Below the pieces are notes generated by a model. It searched no databases. It was not told the DNA's origin and saw only the letters and a list, made by a program, of their open reading frames with translations. A stretch of 64,000 bases of DNA from Thermoplasmata archaeon. Its GTDB lineage: Archaea > Thermoplasmatota > Thermoplasmata > Thermoplasmatales > ARK-15. Shown here piece by piece: positions 39,681-49,705 of this stretch; the stretch's first letter is position 1, and each line of letters opens with the position of its first letter. The stretch covers positions 32,001 through 96,000 of the forward strand of contig JBAMMA010000001.1 of the NCBI GenBank assembly GCA_039794005.1. The letters run 5' to 3'. A program made the translations under genes and the position numbers.

Positions 39681-40792
39681 ATTAAATATTTTATAATATA
39701 TTCTTTTAGTATATCTGAAATATTTATAACATTATCGATATAATCACTGATGATTTCAATATTCTTTGAACTAGAAACTAATAATGAAATCTTCAAGTTC
39801 AATTTTAATTCTTTTTTAATCTTCGAAACTACTAATGCAACCATTAAGTTATAATTATCATCAGATGAAGATAATATTACCTGCTTTGCTTTTTTAATTC
39901 CTGCTATTTCTAATACTTTAGGATTGTCAGCCCTTTCATGAATTACAATATATCCATCATTTTTTAAATAGTTGGCCATCTCAGAATCTCTAACTATCAA
40001 AACCAATGGAACATCCCTATTTCTTAATTCTTCAATTAAAGAACTTATTATAGGTGTATATCCACAAAAAATTAAATGATTTTTTATACCTGCGAATTCA
40101 ACATTTTCCATAATATTCACCACCTTTTCCAATCTTTTTTGTAATATAGGCCCCAAAACCGAAACTATAGACCCTAAAAATGATACTATTCCAAAAACAA
40201 CTAAACTTGCTGTAAAAAGTCTTGCACTGGTTGTAACTGGAAGAATATCTCCGAATCCCAAAGTTGTCATGACTTCAATTGTGTAATAAAACGCAGTCGA
40301 AATGTTTTTTATGGGAGGGGAAAATTGATTGCCGAGATACAAAGATCCAGCTATGCCATAAATCAGAGACAATACGACTAAAGATAAAGCTAATATATTT
40401 TCTGAAGATATTAAATAAGCAGGAGGATATACATATTCATTCCTATATTTCCACAACAAATAAAATTCCAATATTGACAAAGAAATTCCTACAATATCAA
40501 AAATAATCAACTTTGAAATCCTAGCAAATTCATTTATAAGATAGAAAATAAGAAAACCTTGAACTGCATACCAGGAGGTCCAGGTTTTTCTTTTTAATCC
40601 AGAATATAAAATTAAAAGAAAAATTCCAAATAGTATATCTGTTGAACCAGAATATCTTGAGTTGAAAAATGACAATTGTGATATAATTGCTGAATATTTA
40701 ACATTAAAGAATATGGATCCGGCGTTGTATAAAATATAATATGTGCCTATGATTAACACTATTTGAGGAATGTATTTTTTTAATTTTTGCAT
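39677..40792 (-). CDS. Potassium channel with RCK/TrkA-N domain (Kch-like)
   Basis: Filter TTLGFGDI; C-terminal NHLIFCGY, AGIKKAK, DDNYN. Confidence 0.9.
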   Translation of the reverse strand: MQKLKKYIPQIVLIIGTYYILYNAGSIFFNVKYSAIISQLSFFNSRYSGSTDILFGIFLLILYSGLKRKTWTSWYAVQGFLIFYLINEFARISKLIIFDIVGISLSILEFYLLWKYRNEYVYPPAYLISSENILALSLVVLSLIYGIAGSLYLGNQFSPPIKNISTAFYYTIEVMTTLGFGDILPVTTSARLFTASLVVFGIVSFLGSIVSVLGPILQKRLEKVVNIMENVEFAGIKNHLIFCGYTPIISSLIEELRNRDVPLVLIVRDSEMANYLKNDGYIVIHERADNPKVLEIAGIKKAKQVILSSSDDNYNLMVALVVSKIKKELKLNLKISLLVSSSKNIEIISDYIDNVINISDILKEYIIKYLI

Positions 40793-40868
40793 CTTATATT
40801 TGAATGTAAATCTTAATATAAAAAATATTCTAAACAATGTTTATATTTTTTTATGCCTTATCCTATTC

Positions 40869-42731
40869 ATGAACCCAATATACTATGAAATTTTAAAAAA
40901 GTATGGTGATGAAACAAAAAAACTTTCAGAAATAGAAAATGATCAATTTTTTGAATTTTTATGGAAATATATAGATATATTAAATCCTAAAAATATCTTT
41001 ATAGTTACCGACGATGAAAAAGACAAAGAATACATAAAAAATAAGGCATTAGAGGATAAGGAAGAAAGAAATCTAAAAAAGCCAAAACAAACATACCATT
41101 TTGATAATTATTATGATCAAGCAAGGGACAAGGAAAATACAAAGATATTGGTTCCTGGAAATGAAAAATTGCCATTTATAAATACAATGAATAGGGAAGA
41201 AGGCTTAAAAGAAATACATGAAAAGATGAAAAATATGATGAAGGATAGAACAATGTATATAGGCATATTCTCTCTGGGACCTTTGGATTCACCATTTTCT
41301 GAGCTAGCCGTTCAGCTGACAGATTCATCATATGTTATGCATAGTGAGATAATTTTATACAGAACAGCATTTGAAAAATTTAAGAAAAACAAAAATGTCA
41401 ACTTTTTAAAATTTGTACATGCTCAGGGTGAATTGGATGATAGAAAGACAAGTAAAAATTTAGCGAACAGGAGAATTTACTTTGATTTGGAAACAAACAC
41501 GGGATATGCGATAAACACTCAATATGCTGGTAATTCAGTTGGCTTGAAAAAGCCAGCATTCAGAATAACAATATCTAAGGCATTAAAAGAAGGTTGGCTA
41601 TCTGAACATATGTTTTTAATGGGAGTTAATGGACCAAATGGAAGGGTAACATATTTAACAGGAGCATTTCCTTCAATGTGTGGTAAAACATCCACGGTAA
41701 TGTTGCCAGGTGAAAGGTTGGTTGGAGATGACTTGGTATTTATTAAAGAGATAAATGGTGAAGCAAAATCAATAAACATAGAAAATGGAGTATTCGGAAT
41801 TATAGATGGTATAAATCAGAAAGACGATCCAATTATATGGAATGTTTTGCATGGTGATAATGAAGTTATATATTCAAATGTTCTGGTAAGTGATGGACAA
41901 CCATACTGGAATGGAATGGGAATACCAATCCCGGACAAGGGTGAAAATCACAGTGGAGAATGGTGGAAAGGCAAAAAAGATGCAGAAGGAAAAGAGATAC
42001 CCCCATCACATAAAAATGCAAGATTCACAGTATACTTATCTTCATTCCCAAATCTAGATAAAGGGGCATTGGAAGCAAAGGAAGGGGTTTCGGTTGGTGG
42101 AATGATTTTTGGAGGAAGAGATTCAGATACATGGCCCCCAGTAGTTGAGGCTTTTGATTGGAATCATGGTGTCTATAAAGGAGCATCGATAGAATCAGAA
42201 ACAACAGCAGCCTCTCTGGGAAAGGAGGGTGTTAGGACCTTCAATGCCATGTCAATAATGGAATTTCTGTCTGTTGATTTAGGTAAATATTTGAAAAATT
42301 ACATTGAATTTGGAAAGAAGCTTAACAAGAAGCCAAAAATATTTGCTGTTAACTATTTTCTCAGGGATAAGGATGGAAAATACCTAAATGACAAAAATGA
42401 CAAGGCTGTATGGATAAAATGGATGGAATTGAGAATTCATGGGGATGTATCGGCTATAAGAACACCAATTGGTTATATTCCAAAATATGAAGATCTTGTC
42501 CCATTATTTAAAAAACTTTTCAACAAAGAATATACAAAAGAGGACTATGAAAAGCAGTTCATGATAAGGGTACCGGAATTACTGAACAAGAATGAAAGAA
42601 TAAGGAAAATTTACATTGAAATAAAAACAACTCCAAAAGAAATATTCGAAGAATTGGACAAAGAGAAAAATGAGCTTGAAAAAATTAGAAAAGAGTATGG
42701 GGATTATATATCTCCATTTAAATTTTATTAA
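40869..42731 (+). CDS. pckG: Phosphoenolpyruvate carboxykinase (GTP)
   Basis: YAGNSVGLKK, WLSEHM, GAFPSMCGKTS, VGDD, SHKNARF, FGGRD. Confidence 0.96.
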   Translation: MNPIYYEILKKYGDETKKLSEIENDQFFEFLWKYIDILNPKNIFIVTDDEKDKEYIKNKALEDKEERNLKKPKQTYHFDNYYDQARDKENTKILVPGNEKLPFINTMNREEGLKEIHEKMKNMMKDRTMYIGIFSLGPLDSPFSELAVQLTDSSYVMHSEIILYRTAFEKFKKNKNVNFLKFVHAQGELDDRKTSKNLANRRIYFDLETNTGYAINTQYAGNSVGLKKPAFRITISKALKEGWLSEHMFLMGVNGPNGRVTYLTGAFPSMCGKTSTVMLPGERLVGDDLVFIKEINGEAKSINIENGVFGIIDGINQKDDPIIWNVLHGDNEVIYSNVLVSDGQPYWNGMGIPIPDKGENHSGEWWKGKKDAEGKEIPPSHKNARFTVYLSSFPNLDKGALEAKEGVSVGGMIFGGRDSDTWPPVVEAFDWNHGVYKGASIESETTAASLGKEGVRTFNAMSIMEFLSVDLGKYLKNYIEFGKKLNKKPKIFAVNYFLRDKDGKYLNDKNDKAVWIKWMELRIHGDVSAIRTPIGYIPKYEDLVPLFKKLFNKEYTKEDYEKQFMIRVPELLNKNERIRKIYIEIKTTPKEIFEELDKEKNELEKIRKEYGDYISPFKFY

Positions 42732-42733
42732 AT

Positions 42734-44134
42734 TTATACTTGGCTAGCATTCTCTTCAATTATTTTTTCTCTTGCTATTTCTTCCAAGGGAACATTTTTA
42801 GGTTCTGGTAGCCATATTGAAATGAATGCTCCTATTAATGCAATTAAAGCGAGTATTGTTAAAAGGGTTTTTAATCCTATTACTATTAACAATGTAGGGA
42901 ACAGTAGTGTACTAATAGCTGCTCCCAATTTGCCCGAAGCTGCAGATATACCGTGGGATGTTGTCCTATAATGTACTGGAAATACTTCTGCAGGAACTAT
43001 AAATGTTGTTGTGTTTGGACCAAGATCTATGAAAAAGAATGTTAATGAATAGAGAATAAAGGCGAGATCAATGGGTATAGTGAATCCCTCTACCTTTGTC
43101 CCTTTTACTATCATTAACGTTGAAATTAAAAAATACAAAAATGACATAGCGATAAATCCTAAGATCTGAAGTTTTTTTCTTCCGATTTTATCAATTAATG
43201 CAACAGCTGAGAAATATCCAAAGAATCCTACAAGGAAAGGAACTCCTGCTAGGAATACCTTCATCGGAAGGGTAGATGCAGAAATTATATTGGATACAAT
43301 TGGCCCTGAATATATTCCTGTTCCGTAAAAGGCAATATCCATCAAGAACCATGTTGATGATGTGACAAACAGAATATTACCATAATTTTTTAAGAATACT
43401 CTGAATGGATGTTTCTCAACCTTTACAGGATTAATAGATTGTGAACCACCTACTACTTCTTTTGCCCTTTTTGCTGTATCCTTATCGTTATTTACCAATA
43501 AGGAATACCTTGGTGTTTCTGGTAATTTTCTTCTTAGATATATAACAGCAATTGCTGGTATTGCACCAAATAATAGCATTACTCTCCATGCCAAATCGGG
43601 TGGAAGTAAAACTGCGCTGGCAATCCCAACAGCCACGGCTGTGACAGAGCCAATTCCTTGATTTGCAAACAAGAGAGCAAGAAGTTTACCTCTATCTTTT
43701 GTGTTTGAATATTCGCTCATTATTGTTGCTGAAACGGGGTAATCCCCACCGATACCAAGACCAAGAACAAATCTGAATATAAATAATTCCAAAAAGTTCG
43801 TTGAAATGGCGCTCAATATTGCACCTACTGCTAAAAGTGTTGCTTCAATTCCATATACCCTTTTTCTACCAAATCTATCTGCAATTGCTCCGAATACGAG
43901 TTGGCCAATAATTGCAGCAACAATAGCTGAGGATCCAAGAAGCGAAGCCTCAATGGTGTTAATATGGAAGCTCACACTGTAAGGCCCAGTAAGAAGGATA
44001 AGTACAATTCCAATTATGAAGAGATCATATGCGTCGGTGAAAAAACCCATGCCTGCCGTAAACCATACCTTTATATGGCCAAAGTTCAATCTCACAGAAT
44101 CTATGTCACTAAATATACCATTTTTTTCTACCAT
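42734..44134 (-). CDS. MFS phosphate:H+ symporter (Pho84-like)
   Basis: GMGFFTDAYDLF, GIGGDYPVSATIMSE, WFLMDIAFYG, GPNTTTFIVPAEVFP, HGISAASGKLGA; divergent from a phoU-family gene. Confidence 0.88.
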   Translation of the reverse strand: MVEKNGIFSDIDSVRLNFGHIKVWFTAGMGFFTDAYDLFIIGIVLILLTGPYSVSFHINTIEASLLGSSAIVAAIIGQLVFGAIADRFGRKRVYGIEATLLAVGAILSAISTNFLELFIFRFVLGLGIGGDYPVSATIMSEYSNTKDRGKLLALLFANQGIGSVTAVAVGIASAVLLPPDLAWRVMLLFGAIPAIAVIYLRRKLPETPRYSLLVNNDKDTAKRAKEVVGGSQSINPVKVEKHPFRVFLKNYGNILFVTSSTWFLMDIAFYGTGIYSGPIVSNIISASTLPMKVFLAGVPFLVGFFGYFSAVALIDKIGRKKLQILGFIAMSFLYFLISTLMIVKGTKVEGFTIPIDLAFILYSLTFFFIDLGPNTTTFIVPAEVFPVHYRTTSHGISAASGKLGAAISTLLFPTLLIVIGLKTLLTILALIALIGAFISIWLPEPKNVPLEEIAREKIIEENASQV

Positions 44135-44258
44135 TTTTTTTTATCACCAATTCATATAAAATTTAATTTTACTTAGTTTTGATTTATATAATCTATTTAC
44201 TTATATATAGAATATATAGAAAAAATAAAAATTATATACCAAAATTAATGTAGATTAA

Positions 44259-45245
44259 ATGATGTATGAATATAGAAAAGTTCAAAAAGTAGGTAATTCC
44301 ACGTATACGATATCCTTACCTAAAAATTGGTGTAATATGTATGGAATCAATGAAGGTAAGAATGTTTATTTAGAGATTGACGAAAGCGGTAGGTTAATAA
44401 TTAATCCATCTGAAAAGGAAGAAATTCCAAGTGAATTTGATTTATACATCAATAAAGAAGAAAAATCTTACATATTAAGAAAGTTAATATCAATCTACCT
44501 CTCAGGTTACAATACAATAAAAATTATACAAAAGCCTTATTTAGATTATGATACGAGAAAAACTATCGAAAAATTTCTATTCTATACGATAGGCATGGAG
44601 ATTCTTGAAGAGACAAAAGATATGATGATTCTTCATGATATATCTAATATTAATGAAATAAACTTAATAAAAATATTGAGAAGAATTCATCACATTTTAG
44701 AAAACATGTTAATTGATTTAATAAATATTTTAAAAAATTATGATGAAAATATTGCAAAGAACATTATAGAAAGGGATTTGTATGTCGATCGATCTTTGTG
44801 GGCAATATCAAAACAGATGTACAAGATTTTAAAAAATCCAGTATTGTCATTTGAAATGAATGTTAATCTTAAAACAGTAGTTAATATAAGATTCATAGGA
44901 AAGTATATGGAAAGAATAGCAGACCATATCGGGAACATCACGATGTTTATAAATTTGATGGAGAATAATGATAGAGAAAAGATATCAAATTATCTTAATG
45001 TTATTAAAAACAACATAGATTCAATTTTTTATTCATTTTTGAACTGTGATATTGAAAAAGCCAATGTTATAATAGAAAATACGATATCAATATGCAATGA
45101 AATAAAAAGTTTATATTCCAAGTTTAAAGACTTGAAAAATCCTCAAATAATACTTGCATACGAGAGCGTTTACAGGATAGGAATGTATACGATAGATTTT
45201 GCAGAAACAGTTATGGACGAATGCATTGATGTAAACAAAAAATGA
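44259..45245 (+). CDS. phoU: Archaeal phosphate uptake regulator (AbrB-like DNA-binding domain plus PhoU repeats)
   Basis: RKVQKVGNSTYTISLPKNW, ISIYLSGY, ERDLYVDR, ERIADH. Confidence 0.9.
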   Translation: MMYEYRKVQKVGNSTYTISLPKNWCNMYGINEGKNVYLEIDESGRLIINPSEKEEIPSEFDLYINKEEKSYILRKLISIYLSGYNTIKIIQKPYLDYDTRKTIEKFLFYTIGMEILEETKDMMILHDISNINEINLIKILRRIHHILENMLIDLINILKNYDENIAKNIIERDLYVDRSLWAISKQMYKILKNPVLSFEMNVNLKTVVNIRFIGKYMERIADHIGNITMFINLMENNDREKISNYLNVIKNNIDSIFYSFLNCDIEKANVIIENTISICNEIKSLYSKFKDLKNPQIILAYESVYRIGMYTIDFAETVMDECIDVNKK

Positions 45246-45301
45246 TTAAACAAATCTCCAGAAAATAAAATTAATATCTTTTTTTAATTAGGAAATAGAT
45301 A

Positions 45302-46459
45302 ATGTTTAAAAATAAAAGATTTATTTGGTTTACAATCGTTATTGTTTAGTCAACGGTATCTATGAGAATTGTTAATAATATGATAGTTACTACAATTCCT
45401 CTATTTTCTAAGTATGAATTGAATTTTTACAATGATGAAATAGGGATTTTAACATCTCTGACATTTTTAATGACTCTTATATCCACAAGCCTTATAAATC
45501 CTAGAATGAATGCAAGGCTTAGAAAAATAATTTATATTTTATCATCATTTTTAATTATATTAATTCTTTTAATGATTTTTTATTCAAATGGGATAACAAT
45601 TTGGATATTTTCATTAATTGCTGGATTTTCCTATGGATTAATAACACCGAATATAATAACATCAGCTTCAATGGTTGATGATAAATTATTAGCAGAACGT
45701 CTCTTAGCAATATATTCATTATCTCTTAGTTTATCCCTGGTTTTGGGGCCATATCTCGAAACATATCTTTTAAATTTTTATAATTACAGGTACATATTTC
45801 TTTTATTCATACCATTGGCAATTCCCTTATTTATATTCTCATTTTATTCCAATTTTCCGGAAGAAAAGAATGAAAAATACAGACTCAATGAAATAAACAA
45901 AAATTCATTATTTTCAGCTGTAATAAATGTTATGATTTATAATATCCCATTTTCAATAATAACTGTTTATGCATCTATATATGTTATAGAGATTTTTCAT
46001 TTATCAAGATCAATATCATATTCAGTATTCATTCCATTTTTCACCGTTTCATTTTTTACAAGACTTTACATGGCTATTAAACCATTTAAAAATCTTAGAA
46101 TTGCAATATCCATATCTACCTTTTTGACTGTGATAGGTATAATATTTCTTTCCTTCCCATTTAATATTTATACAATATTTATTTCCATGTCATTACTTGG
46201 AATTCCTCACGGAACAATGTATCCCATTTCTACAATAATTATTTCAAGATCAACCAAAATAGAGGAAAGGAATTCAATAAATTCATATTTTGTATCATTC
46301 GGTAATCTGATAATGGTAATCGTCCCACCATTGTATGGTTATTTATTCAATTATTTCGGATATAAACTGATGATTGCCACTTTGATAATACCCGTAATTA
46401 TTTTTTATTTAATTCTCTATATGAAATATTTCAATGAAAGTTACATGTTAAACAGATAG
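45302..46459 (+). CDS. MFS transporter interrupted by an in-frame TAG at 45347-45349 (possible pseudogene)
   Basis: ATG 45302 is in frame with the 45362 ORF: MFKNKRFIWFTIVIV*STVSMRIVNNMIVTT; the rest has MFS-like TMs (SLVLGP, LGIPHG). Confidence 0.75.
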
Positions 46460-46460
46460 G

Positions 46461-46545
46461 CGCCGGGGGTGAGATTTGAACTCACGCTCCCCTTTCGGAG
46501 AACAGGCTCTCCAGGCCTGCGCCTTGTCCGCTCGGCCACCCCGGC
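46461..46545 (-). tRNA. tRNA-Ser, anticodon GGA
   Basis: Reverse complement GCCGGGG...CAGGC-CT-GGA-GA-GCCTG, long variable arm, GTGAG-TTCAAAT-CTCAC, CCCCGGC-G. Confidence 0.96.
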
Positions 46546-46731
46546 TCAATAATGTTAAGAAAAAATTTTAAATATATTTTTCGATTTTGAAAAATTAAGA
46601 AATCTATAAAATTTGAAAATTTTAATATTAAAATTTTAATGTTTTTTCACTTTGTTAGATGTAAATTATTTTCCTAAAGTGAGGATTAAATCTAATAAGT
46701 TTAATTTATTTACTTAATGATGGTATAAAAT

Positions 46732-47331
46732 ATGAAGCTTGAATTAGGTATTAGAGCAAATGCTTTATATTCTTCTTATAATTATCTTGTATTTAAAATA
46801 AAAAATCGAAGAAAGGTCATTCTTCATGAAATGATTTATGGAAAATTTAAGGGAGTATTGGTAAAGAAACATTCTGATAATTTGGAAAATCTAAGGATAA
46901 AAATATCGAAAGCATATGAAAGATTAAAAAACCACAGGTTAAATTTTAACCATAAACTATCGATATTTTATTTAAACAATTATGATTTTATTTTTTTAGA
47001 CGATCTGAAAATAAAAAACATGGTTAGAAACAATATTTTATTAATAAACATAAAAAGAGAGTCCGGGAGCGAATCCATAAACATGATATCTCACAAAGCA
47101 AGAAATGCCTGTAAGGTAGTAAAAAGGGCATATTTCAAGGATACAGTTGAATATCTTGGAATTAATTCTCCATACATGGAATACATTTCTTCGAATATAT
47201 TATTAAATATTGTTAAGGATCGCATTGATATGTTTGTGAAAGGGAGACCTTTAAGCAAAAACATATCAAATAAAGATGAATTTTTCAAGCAAGCATTTAT
47301 GGTTGATCATAAAGAGCTTCTTGAAAGCTAA
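46732..47331 (+). pseudogene. tnpB: Degenerate TnpB (IS200/IS605 family) remnant
   Basis: KISKAYERLKNHRLNFNHKLS and YDFIFLDDLKIKNMVRN match the TnpB core; N-terminal domains and zinc finger absent. Confidence 0.8.
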
Positions 47332-47379
47332 TGGCTTTAAATATATTATAATAAAAAATTTATAATTGGAAATTGATTT

Positions 47380-48390
47380 ATGGGTGAAATAAGAATGACA
47401 GAAATAAAGAAAAAGATTCCAAAAAGAATAAAGGGTGATAAAGAAGGTTTAAGGATGAGTACACCTCCTGAGATAGCGGAATATAGGGCAAAAAGATTGA
47501 GAAATGAATCCATTGCAGATTTGGGAGCAGGTGTCGGAGTTCAAGCATATTATTTTTCACTGTATTTTAAACATGTTTTAGCGGTAGAAAATAATGAAGA
47601 GAGATTTAAAATTTTGAAAAGAAACATGAAAATAAAGAAAAGAAAAAACGTTGAATTGATTTTTGGAGACGTGTTTGATGAAAACATTATAAAGGCTGTT
47701 GAAAAATATGATATAATATTTTCCGATCCGGCTAGGTTGAGAAAATCTGAGGTGTGGGATTTTTCGGATTTATCACCGAACCCGGTTTTAATAATTTCAA
47801 AGATAAAAGGAAAATCTTACTCTTTTGATTTGCCAGTATTATTCAATAAAGATCTAATTCCAAGGGAATGGGAAAGGGAATACATAAGTTTAAATGGTGA
47901 AATAAAAAGGTTGGCCGTTTATATAGGGGATATAAAAAATTATGAATTGAGTGCCCTTTTATTGCCCTACAATGAAAGAATAGTTTTCGATGAAACAATA
48001 CCAAGGGAGATTTCATTTTCAAACCATGTGTTTGATTACATCTACGAAATCGATCCCGCTATTAAATATTCAGAATTGATTCCTGAATTCCAAAATTTAT
48101 ATCCAGATGTTTACATTTTGGAAAATGGAAAGAAAAATTTATTTGCAACTGGGGAATTGAATTACGCCGACCCATTTTTTAAAAACACGTATAAGGTAGT
48201 ATTTGAATGCGAAGATAAGGATTGTTTGATAAATGAATTGATAAGAAATGACGCTAAAGAGGTATTTTTAAGATATTCTGTTGAAAATTATTACGAAGAA
48301 AAGGCAAAAATAGAGAAAAAATTAATCGGCAAATCCAAATTTTATATTTTTCAAATTTTTAATAAATTTTATGGCTGCATTAAGGAATAA
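47380..48390 (+). CDS. Class I SAM-dependent (RNA) methyltransferase
   Basis: STPPEIAEYRA, ADLGAGVG, FSDPAR, DLSP, EYISLNGE; the start may be ATG 47395. Confidence 0.8.
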   Translation: MGEIRMTEIKKKIPKRIKGDKEGLRMSTPPEIAEYRAKRLRNESIADLGAGVGVQAYYFSLYFKHVLAVENNEERFKILKRNMKIKKRKNVELIFGDVFDENIIKAVEKYDIIFSDPARLRKSEVWDFSDLSPNPVLIISKIKGKSYSFDLPVLFNKDLIPREWEREYISLNGEIKRLAVYIGDIKNYELSALLLPYNERIVFDETIPREISFSNHVFDYIYEIDPAIKYSELIPEFQNLYPDVYILENGKKNLFATGELNYADPFFKNTYKVVFECEDKDCLINELIRNDAKEVFLRYSVENYYEEKAKIEKKLIGKSKFYIFQIFNKFYGCIKE

Positions 48391-48567
48391 TTATGATAGA
48401 GCCTCCTCTATTCCAGAGTCTAGCACGATCTCTTCCTGGTTTAATTCCTCCAATAGCCTTAATATTTCTTCTGCCTTTTTAGAAAGCTTTTCATCCAATA
48501 GATATTCTTCGAGGTCATAGATAGAGTGTGTCTTCATCCATTTTTTAACCTCATGCGGTATATTCAT
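48391..48567 (-). CDS. Small acidic protein, 58 aa (below the ORF-track cutoff)
   Basis: MNIPHEVKKWMKTHSIYDLEEYLLDEKLSKKAEEILRLLEELNQEEIVLDSGIEEALS*; GAGGTGA RBS at 48574-48580; fills the intergenic gap exactly. Confidence 0.8.
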   Translation of the reverse strand: MNIPHEVKKWMKTHSIYDLEEYLLDEKLSKKAEEILRLLEELNQEEIVLDSGIEEALS

Positions 48568-48584
48568 TTCAGGTCACCTCTTTG

Positions 48585-48628
48585 TATGACAATAGTCATA
48601 TCAAAATATGACTATTTATATTTTCCCC
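48585..48628 (-). promoter_or_regulatory. BRE/TATA plus palindromic operator upstream of the 58-aa ORF
   Basis: AATAGTCATAT-CAAA-ATATGACTATT perfect inverted repeat (48591-48616), extra TATGAC at 48585-48590; minus strand reads GGGGAAAA-TATAAATA. Confidence 0.6.
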
Positions 48629-49169
48629 GTTTTTTAACCATATCATAAATTTCAATTGCTCTTATATAATCATTATAAGTGTTTATATTAAAAAATGTAA
48701 AGGGTGGAAATTTTTCGGCATCTATTGAAACAAACATATTCTTGTTTAAAAGGGATTTCATATCTTTTTCATCTGAGAATTTAATTGTTTCAGGATAATA
48801 TGCATGTAAAGGTTCAAAATATCCATTTTTCCACCTTGGAATGGATATCAAATCTTCAGGGTATCTTAAAAGCAATGAAATGCTATCACATGAAACAAAT
48901 GGCATATCTCCTCCAATTAAAATAATATTTTCATTATATGTTTCTATTACATTTTTTAAAACGTTTGATACCCCCTTTAATTCATAATCTATAATAACAG
49001 TTGCATTTTTAATATCTATTTCTTTATAAGAAGAGATTATTATTTTTTTAAAAATTTGGCACTGGATTAAATTCTCTACTATAATATCGATAATTCTTTT
49101 TCCATCGATGAACATAAAATGCTTATCTTTTAATCTTTTTGATTTTCCGATAGGAATTAATGCAATCAT
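48612..49169 (-). CDS. Molybdenum cofactor guanylyltransferase-like (MobA family)
   Basis: GKSKRL.DK, GGDMPFV, GYFEPLHAYY, FFNINT. Confidence 0.8.
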   Translation of the reverse strand: MIALIPIGKSKRLKDKHFMFIDGKRIIDIIVENLIQCQIFKKIIISSYKEIDIKNATVIIDYELKGVSNVLKNVIETYNENIILIGGDMPFVSCDSISLLLRYPEDLISIPRWKNGYFEPLHAYYPETIKFSDEKDMKSLLNKNMFVSIDAEKFPPFTFFNINTYNDYIRAIEIYDMVKKRGKYK

Positions 49170-49705
49170 TCTATATAATTAAAATAATCCTTTTCCTCAT
49201 CGGTTTTTTCTGAACTGATTAACATCAGATTTTTATATTCCTTAGTTGTTTGATCAAATTCATAAAATAATTTTTTACCTATCAGAGATTCGACCTCTAA
49301 TTTATTCATTATTTTTATTGCAGAATCAATATCTTCATTTTTTAATAATATTATAAATTTATTTTCATATGAAAAAAATGATGCTAACCAAATTTTGATT
49401 TTTGTGTCCAATTCTAAAATTTTCATTAAAATATTATATTCCGGAGAATTCGATGGAATATTTTCTAATCGGCTCCAAAGAAAATTTAGGGTATCGGTAT
49501 TTACAGTATAGGCTTTATAAGATGCAAGCCATATCTCCAAAAATTTGTTGATTTCAATATATTTTTTAAACGCATCAATTATTTTTGAATTTGGTTTTTC
49601 TTTTTTCATTTCATTTTTTAAAAGATATGCCATCGATTCATCCAAATATTCCAGATCTTTTTCATTTATCCCATATTTGCTATATTTATTTTCCTTTTTC
49701 TCCAT
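49166..49705 (-). CDS. Hypothetical protein with an internal repeat
   Basis: Overlaps both neighbours in an operon; IWLAS motif occurs twice. Confidence 0.7.
   Translation of the reverse strand: MEKKENKYSKYGINEKDLEYLDESMAYLLKNEMKKEKPNSKIIDAFKKYIEINKFLEIWLASYKAYTVNTDTLNFLWSRLENIPSNSPEYNILMKILELDTKIKIWLASFFSYENKFIILLKNEDIDSAIKIMNKLEVESLIGKKLFYEFDQTTKEYKNLMLISSEKTDEEKDYFNYIE

Noticed and set aside
40770-40868. Head-to-head overlap of the K+ channel and PEPCK ORFs
   Set aside because: Artefact of longest-ORF starts; the likely starts at 40792 and 40869 leave a 76-bp divergent promoter
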